DNA of 58,350 bases, counting the filler, from Sphacelaria rigidula (taxonomy: Eukaryota): NCBI GenBank assembly GCA_964200075.2. It is 8 parts of 8 records of this genome, joined end to end, with 100 filler letters (N's around TTAATTAATTAA, not from the genome) between each part and the next. Parts side by side here need not be neighbours in the genome. Positions count along the whole stretch, not along the records: positions 51,145 to 58,350 come from CAXNAA020015974.1; 7 more parts are not named here. One strand, 5' to 3'. The translations under genes and the position numbers were made by a program. The notes beneath the pieces were generated by a model. It was not told the DNA's origin. It did no database searches and saw only the letters and a program-made list of their open reading frames with translations. Shown here in pieces: positions 51,145 to 58,350 of the stretch. Numbering within the stretch: the stretch's first letter is position 1; the number at the start of each line of letters is the position of its first letter.

Positions 51145-51993
51145 AAGACAGATATGCCACTTCAGCCTCATATTTTGTATGAACCCCAAAATATAAAATC
51201 GGCTGTTATCTGATGAATCGGCATCACTTTCACTTGAAAAAATAGAACAAAACAAACCAGGATACCGGGAGCCGAGTTTGAGATGCCTCTATTATGTTAC
51301 TGCGCACAGCCCCCCAAAAAACATCGAGGTGCGGAGGGATTTCGTATTCTCTTCTTGTATGTAGCTCATCAATGCGAAAATCGATTTCTCTCTACCTCTC
51401 TTTTTAGACAGGACCTGCCTCCGTGCGCTGAAAAACATGTTGAGAAACAGGGCAATGTCCCCGTCACCGCTACTACTGCTCTCTGTCACACATGCCAGCA
51501 AGGGCGGTGCTGGGGCAATAAGAAGAGATCCAATTTGAACTTGGGGGGTTTTATTCATCGTTGATTTTACCTGACATGTGACCATCTAGGTGCCCGACCA
51601 CAAGAGCGTACCACTTGCAAGTTTGGGTGTGTGTGAGAGAGAGATCGAACACTGTGGAGACCCTCTTGACATGCGGAGAGAAAAAAGATACCTTTGGTAG
51701 TGACCTAACTGTTGCTCACGTGGTGCAGAGGGGTGCTTCAATGCTGCAATCTCAAGCACACACTGGCTGCGTGAACACCTCGGTACAGTCGTAGCTTCCC
51801 ATAATTGATTCCGATGTAAGGAGGTCATGCATTACAAGTCGGTGCTAGATATGACCCCAGGAGGAACAAGAACAATGCTCTATGATCAACCACTTGTTCT
51901 TGCATTTGACACCCACGCCATCACCCGCCGACCGCAAAGGTCTTGTGGCTTTCAGGCAACGCTGGCGGCAGTGCGGGAGGCAAACCCGATCAT
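51145..51993. repeat. Dispersed repeat, copy 2 of 4600-5285
   Basis: Direct similarity over about 670 bp. In addition 51145-51190 is the reverse complement of about 4297-4340. Confidence 0.75.
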
Positions 51994-52270
51994 ACGAGTT
52001 TGGATTTCGATACGTAGCCGAAGTGTTGGGGTCCTGGGTCAAAACCCCATTGGGGGGAATCTAGGTGATCCAATCGGACCCCAAAATTGGTTTTTGACCT
52101 AGGACCCCAACATTTCGGTCACTGAAACCCAATTTAATGTAGTTATCAATAGCTACCTGCAAGTCAATAAATGGAATCATATTTCGAAAATTTGGTGTGG
52201 ATACTAAGATTTCAATTCTCTGGTTTCTCATGCCGGATATAAAATCCATCCTAAATTTGTCAAATCCCGT
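51994..52270. mobile_element. Diverged fragment related to the foldback element at 54568-55552
   Basis: GGATTTCGATA..CCGAA.TGTTGG.GTCC...TAGGACCCC.ACAT.TCGGT...ATAGCTACC is shared with 55020-55300. Confidence 0.6.
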
Positions 52271-53539
52271 GTTGAAGGGCCTCGCAAAGTTCCGTGGCCA
52301 AACTCGATCAACTGATGCTTGGATTTTCATGTTCACATCAACGAAGGCCCAAAAACGCCATTTTCATACTCAAGTCTAGTAGTTTGCGGTTGAACTGTGG
52401 CACGGCAAGGTTCATCGCACAAACGCGAAAATATTCACGCCGTCTTCAGGAGTTAGATCCTGAAATTTTACACAAATGTGCTATGGGTCATTACGCCCCT
52501 TTAGATTTACGAGGTTCTTCATTTCTTTTGTTTGCCGTTCTACGGGGGCCCGTCTGAATCGAAGTTTCCCGCAAAAAAACGGGACCCTCGAAAAACGGTG
52601 AAAAAGTCAAAAAGTCGAAAAACAAATATCGACGTTAGAAAGTTGCGTGATGGCCCATGGCACATTCTTGTGCAATATGTTAGAGTCGAATTCCTTGCAA
52701 AGGCGTGAAGTTTTGCCGATAAGTGCGTTTTGGGTCTTACGCGTGAACCAGCCTGTACGAGTGACGGTATCGAGTTTCGATTCTGGAGTATGTTCGATAT
52801 TTGGCCCCATTTCCAATAACGCGGGGTGGTAATTTCATGTACCCCCCGCCCCCCCCTCATTCTCAAATTCACCAACACACGGCCCACACCTTTCACAATA
52901 ACACACAAGCGCTCGGAGCGCGTGTTTTCCCCACCGAAGGGAACGTTGTTACCAAGTAAGTTCCGTTATTCATTATTGAATAAGAAGCGAAGCAGGTTGG
53001 GGGGCCACGTCAGTCAACAACCTGGTGTTCCTACACGGGTGCCACAGAGTCGCGTGGTACATGGGCGACTCTAACCCGAGGTCCTGAAAGCAAAGCGTTT
53101 GTCTAAATGAGAAACTGCAGCAGTAGAACCAACTCATCGCTTACGGTGTGTTTGCGGTGAGTCTACCCAGTATGCGCATATTGCAGGTGTCGGAAGAAAG
53201 TGTTGCGTTGCAGCAACCGTAGGGTGTGCAACCCGAATTAGTATCTCATTCCTGCTGTAGTAAGGTGGTGACATCGTTGCTGTAGTGAAAAGTGACCCCG
53301 GAGTGCCCAATACTGCCTTGCGTGTGGCACCTACGCACCTCGCCCTCCTGCTCTGATCACCTGTTGGACCGCGAGTACTTAATGAAACGGACATGAACTA
53401 TCTATGCCCGTAGCTAAAGCGCACTCTTGTGGCATATGTTCAATGCATAATACCAGAACCTGCACTATTATTAGACTATCGTGCATCTTGTCCCTTCTTT
53501 TGGAATCTCGACGACAATAAGGGTACAAATAATGTTTGG

Positions 53540-54100
53540 GGAAGGGATACTCGTGGTCTTGCATACCATAGTCATATGACTATCGACCTCGGCCTACAAA
53601 GCTGGGACGGAGCACGCCGGGTTTTCGCCGGACCAGGCTCGCCATCAATACTCAAGCACGAAGCGCTAGGATGTGTTCGACGAGTCGCATGAAGGGTAAG
53701 CTGCATCCTACTAAGATTCTTTGGCCCGAAGCGTACTGACTATTTTCCATTTGGATGACAGCCCCCAGTGAATTGCTTCATTTTCTGGTGTCGCCGGTTC
53801 CAGAGACAGCCACGGCCTACTGCCTCATGTGTGTCTCACCATATGAACACTACGTAGTACGGTCATCCCCACTGCGCGGAGTTAGGGTTGTCCCACCCCG
53901 CACAATATGACCTAGCTCGACCACCATCACGCTCACCGCAATAAAAACGCAAGGGCGCAAAACATTCAGTAACATGGTTGCCTAGCTTACGCAGTGAGTG
54001 GCGTGTTTTATATCGTCATCGCTAACCGACGCCGTACCCATAGGGGGTTCGCCCCTACAAAGCCGGGATGGAGCATGTCGGGTTCTTGCCGGACCAGACT
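53540..54100 (-). mobile_element. Near full-length copy of the unclassified element
   Basis: Reverse-complement match to 42596-43537 with both R repeats (about 53592-53640 and 54052-54099). Confidence 0.75.
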
Positions 54101-54567
54101 GGAAACTTCGCAAGGGGCGGAGAGTAAGTTCCCCACCTATGAACTTCCCCCTTTTAACATCTGTACATCACCTTTTAACATCTGTACAACGTTTTTAGCA
54201 ACGGAATTCTATTCCGAAGCATCAACGGCGGCACGTTACTCCTCATCCATGGTGCTCCCTCTTTATCATATCGAGAGACGTTCGAAAAAGAAAGGAACAC
54301 ATTTGCATCACATCCGAAGGAAGCCGGCGAAAGCTCCTCCTCTCACCTAGTGAGAGCCGCTTCGAATGTACCAAAGAAGATATATACGGATTTAGCGACT
54401 GGTGCAACAATACGCGAAAAGGCAACTACGGGAAGTTCGAAAATACAAATAAAATCCTCAGTTGGTCGTTTCCGCAACAAGACTATTCCGGAAAATTGTA
54501 ATTTTCGATGTAAATAGGAATGAACCCCACACCAATCTTCAACCTCATTTCCAGAACCCTCTGTTGA

Positions 54568-55552
54568 CCCTTTTGAGACCGGAGTGGACTAACCGGGGGT
54601 CAGGACCCACACGGGCCATTTTTGAGTTACTCCCAAAAATCTCTCCGAACGAAAATCGATCCCTCCGGAGCGATGATTTTGTTCTTAGAGGTGTTCAATC
54701 CCTTTGGAGGAGTTAAAACCGTTAGAGGAGTTAGTGACCTCTGGAAAGATTTCATTTTGTGTTGGATCCTCTAAAGTGCATGCAAGCTCACTAGGAGGGC
54801 TCCATCTCGCTCTCTCCCGAGTAGCTTTGGTGGGTTGTTCCTCTCGCGGTCGTACAGTCCATCTGGAGGGAACAACCGATCGTCGGATTTGAGGATCGAA
54901 CTTTTCATTGAGGATGAGAACCCGGAGGATTCAAGTCTTCGTATCCACACCAAATCTTCGAAATATGGTTCCATTCCTTCACCTACTGGTAGCTATTGAC
55001 AACTGCTACACACCCTACAAATTCGGATTTCGATAACCGAAATGTTGGAGTCCTTTATGAAGATTGTTTTGGGAATGTAGGTGATCCGATAGGATCGCCG
55101 AAATTCCCCGGAACTGGTTTTTCACGTAGGACCCCGACATATCGGTTATCGATATTCAAATTTGTATGACGCGTAGTACTTGTGAATAGCTACCACCAGT
55201 AGGTGAGGGAATATAACCACACTTCGAAGATTAGGTGTGAATACGAAGATTTTAATCCTCGGTGTTATCATCCTCAATGAAAACGTTCATCCTCAATTTC
55301 GATGATCGACTGTTAGGGGTTTACCATTGAGTCTCCAGAGTGATTATACGCATCCAGAGCCTTTTCTCCCTCTCGAGGGGTCAATTTTCGGATGGAGAGA
55401 TTTTTTGGGGGTAGCCAAACGCCCGCGTGTGCCATCGTGAATCATCATCGTTTTCTCTTGAAAACGAATGATAATGGTACCGCTTGACAGGTAGACCCTG
55501 CGTGCAAACCAGGACCTGACCCCTGGTTAGTGGGAGTCCGGTCCCAAAAGGG
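54568..55552. mobile_element. 985-bp foldback MITE, piggyBac-like
   Basis: TTGA|CCCTTTT...AAAAGGG|TTCA resembles degenerate TTAA|CCC ends. Inverted similarity is seen at the termini, at 54877-55003 versus 55183-55310, and around the centre near 55085. Confidence 0.7.
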
Positions 55553-55580
55553 TTCACTATTTATTGATCTCATTGAAATA

Positions 55581-55972
55581 CCGCTCGCCACGGTGGCTCA
55601 GTCGGTAACCTCGAAACCTTCTGACGGCTGGGACGTGACTAAGACTCTCGGTGAGGTCACACGATCTGGGATTTTTCTCACGCCATGCCCAACAGTGGAG
55701 AGCGACAAATAAATGTCGTGGGTACACAACATTCGGCTTCACGGTCGACGAGGTAAAGGGGCCGCTGGATCGTTCTCTCGATCACCAGAAAGGCAAGTGC
55801 CGCAGAGGCAAGGTGTGGTTCTAAAACAGAATGGAGTAAAATAGAACTGTTGTGTTGACCTTCCTACGTAAAACCCCTGCTGATGCGCCTACATATACCG
55901 AAAGGTGTAGACTGGCGTTCAGAATATACTGGATGACAACACGCACAAACCATGTAATACACACAACACACA
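55581..55972 (+). mobile_element. tRNA-derived SINE, copy 4
   Basis: A box TGGCTCAGTCGG, decayed B box, shared body and CA-rich tail. Confidence 0.8.
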
Positions 55973-56610
55973 CCCTAGAACCAAGTACTTATTGCCGACA
56001 CGGGAACCACGTTATCGCCGATACTAAAAGCAGGCGCTTCCTCTCCTTTCTCTCCATCATGACATGCATTTGAACAACGCTGTCACCTATGATACCAGGG
56101 ATTGCCTGTTCGTGAGCAGCTCAAACCCGACGAATTTTGGTGTCTCGTGTTGAGGAGAGGTTAGGGCTCCGATAGCACTCTAGTCCAAAGTCGAAGTTTA
56201 ACGGCATCCGTTTTCGGATCATGACATTAGTATAGTATCACTTCTATGCCCACCGAATCACTGGAAGTCAATCTAGGCTTAACCTACTTGGGACTCTTTC
56301 TATGGACCCTTTCCCCCCCTCCCCAAAGGTTTATGGGGACTGAGGAAAACTCTCTCACATGCGGTGCTTCCAGGCATGGTGTTATTCGCGCTGATCCTGC
56401 GTTCTTCAAAATAATTTCTGGTTTGGGTTTCTGAAACAAGCTATCTTCATTCTTCATATCGAGTTTTGGGACCTGGGTACTTAATCCAGCCATTGTCTTG
56501 ATGCACTACATTTTATTGTCGAACAAATGTCGCCAAATTGGGCGGGGTTACCCGAGAACGAGCCTTGGGCTCAATGTGGTAAAGCGATAATACTTAATTT
56601 CAGTACCCGT

Positions 56611-58350
56611 GAGCAATGCTACGGTAGGGGTGAACTTTTTGCTCAAAATCTTGTCTACTTCAGGGGCTCCTAACGATTCTAGATGCCCAAGAATATGAGT
56701 CAGGGCATCCCTGTTTGCAAATCTATTTGGGATATCCCCAGTACATTAGAATCCTAGCGTACCCTCATATATTTCATAAGCCGTGTTCTGGATGCGATAA
56801 AGGGCTCCTAACGATTCGAACCTCGGAAAATATTTGTGCAAGCCTAACGCAACAGCACTCCCGTACAGTCAATGGCTACTTGGTTCCAGTGTGGTCAGTA
56901 ACCACTTGGTTTCAATGAGGTCAGTAGCTACTTCGGTTGCAGTGAAATCAGGAACTACTTGGCTTCGGCGTGTTCGATCACTACTTGGTTTAGTGCATGC
57001 AGTGACAACTTGGATCTGCTGTGGCCAATAACTGCTTGGATTCAGTACGATCAGCAAGGGTTCTGCCTTATCTTTTCCTCATTCTCGACAGTCTCCGAGG
57101 GGGGACGGGGGTGGCTTTTTGCTCCTCGTCTGCAGCTGGTAAGGGCTAGTAACAGGGTATGCAATGAAAAACATGGAGGTAGGCAACGGATTTAGCCCGG
57201 AGAGGGCCACCCATCTGACCTGCGCTCGACGACACAAGAATAACTTACGACGGCATGGGTGATTTTCTGTCATGTTTTCCCCGTACGTGTTTGTTTCTTT
57301 TTAAAATACGGGTGGCGTTGCGGAGTCATCATATATCCTAGACACAAATACGCAGCCGATGGGACGATACTCCGAAACCAACTTGTGATGCTGCTCGATC
57401 CAGACATCGATGTTTTGCGGCAGGTTTTTGTACGAGCTGCATCAAAGAAATGCATAGATCAAGGTTATTTGCATTATCACAATGACAGACACAAGGTAGA
57501 CTTGAGGAATTGCAAGACATGGAGTACGAGAACAGCCACGTCAAATGAAATCTCGGACTCATGTAACCTACGCGGGTACTCAACGAACGTTGAAAAGCCT
57601 CCCGGATAAGAAATCCGTTGGTCCTAACTTGTATCGTGTATCTACATACAAACATCGCTGCCATCGGAACAATCGACGTACACGAATAGTATGAGCCTAA
57701 CCGAAAACCCGAAGGGGAACGGAACAACGGAACAAGACGAAAATTGAGGCAGACAGGAAAAGAGAAAATGACAAACATGGCTGACACAAAAGGAGGGATG
57801 AAAAACCAGGGCAAGCACCATAGCGACTGTCACCAAAACAGATCAAAACGAAAACCAGAACCAAAGAAGAACAGTCTTTCGAGTGTGAATAGCGATGTAG
57901 GCTAACTTTTCACCCCCGCCAGGTTCCAATCCCACTCCCGACGATCAAGATCAAGAACGCCTCCAGAGTGATGCTGCGATAGGGTCTGCACTTTTGGGGC
58001 CAAAACCGGCCTGATTCAGGGGTTCCTAAAATTAGGAACTACACAAGAATATGGGTCAGGATATCTCCGTTTGCAAATTCATTCGGGGTATCCCTAGCAA
58101 ATTGGAAGAAAACCCTGGCGTACTCTCACCTATTTCGAAAGTCGTGTTTTGGATGAGATAAAGGGCTCTCAACAATTCTACTCTCAGGCCGTAAAAGTGC
58201 TGACCCTATCGCAGCATCACTCTCCAGTAGACCCTCATCTCCTTCTTGATGCCAACCGGTGGCGTGGTACTGTTGTCGGAGCAATGCTACGGTAGGGGTG
58301 CACTTTTTTCGCGAAATTGTCTGGTTCAGGGGCTCCTAACGATTCTAGAC
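56611..58350 (+). repeat. Local repeat family (56611-56820, about 58015-58180, 58280-58350)
   Basis: GAGCAATGCTACGGTAGGGGTG.ACTTTTT..TTCAGGGGCTCCTAACGATTCTAGA recurs. There is also an inverted pair GAGTGATGCTGCGATAGGGTC at about 57966 and 58202. Confidence 0.7.
56875..57055 (+). repeat. Minisatellite, 7 units of 25-27 bp
   Basis: Core (A/G)CTACTTGG recurs with a period of about 26 nt. Confidence 0.8.

Noticed and set aside
56875..57055. CRISPR-like array
   Set aside because: The units are too short, the spacers are related to each other, there are no cas genes and the context is eukaryotic.
1..58350. A multi-gene system linking the kinase, FYVE, kelch and ubinuclein genes
   Set aside because: Each lies on a different unlinked contig placed together only by length.

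Overview
Eukaryotic nuclear DNA, probably a stramenopile and most likely a brown alga (inferred from intron-dense genes, composition and repeat types). It is not a continuous locus. Seven identical 100-nt linkers (N44-TTAATTAATTAA-N44) join eight contigs of 7206-7207 bp (1-7207, 7308-14514, 14615-21820, 21921-29126, 29227-36432, 36533-43738, 43839-51044, 51145-58350), so adjacency across the gaps is meaningless. Recognisable genes are the last exon of a phosphagen kinase with an unusual specificity loop, an intronless 968-aa protein with a non-canonical FYVE finger, three exons of a kelch-repeat protein, nine exons of a ubinuclein/HPC2 homologue, and two unidentified multi-exon units. The rest is mostly transposon-derived: a chromodomain Gypsy 3' end, a TRIM-like mini-LTR element, a Copia-type LTR, LINE and Tc1/mariner remnants, four tRNA-derived SINE copies, Sola-like and piggyBac-like MITEs, and an unclassified element of about 500-550 bp that forms tandem arrays. 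There are also several long foldback palindromes. I cannot establish a new biological system here. The best leads are the tandem double palindrome (40.4-41.4 kb), the unclassified tandem-forming element, the kinase loop and the FYVE-like protein.
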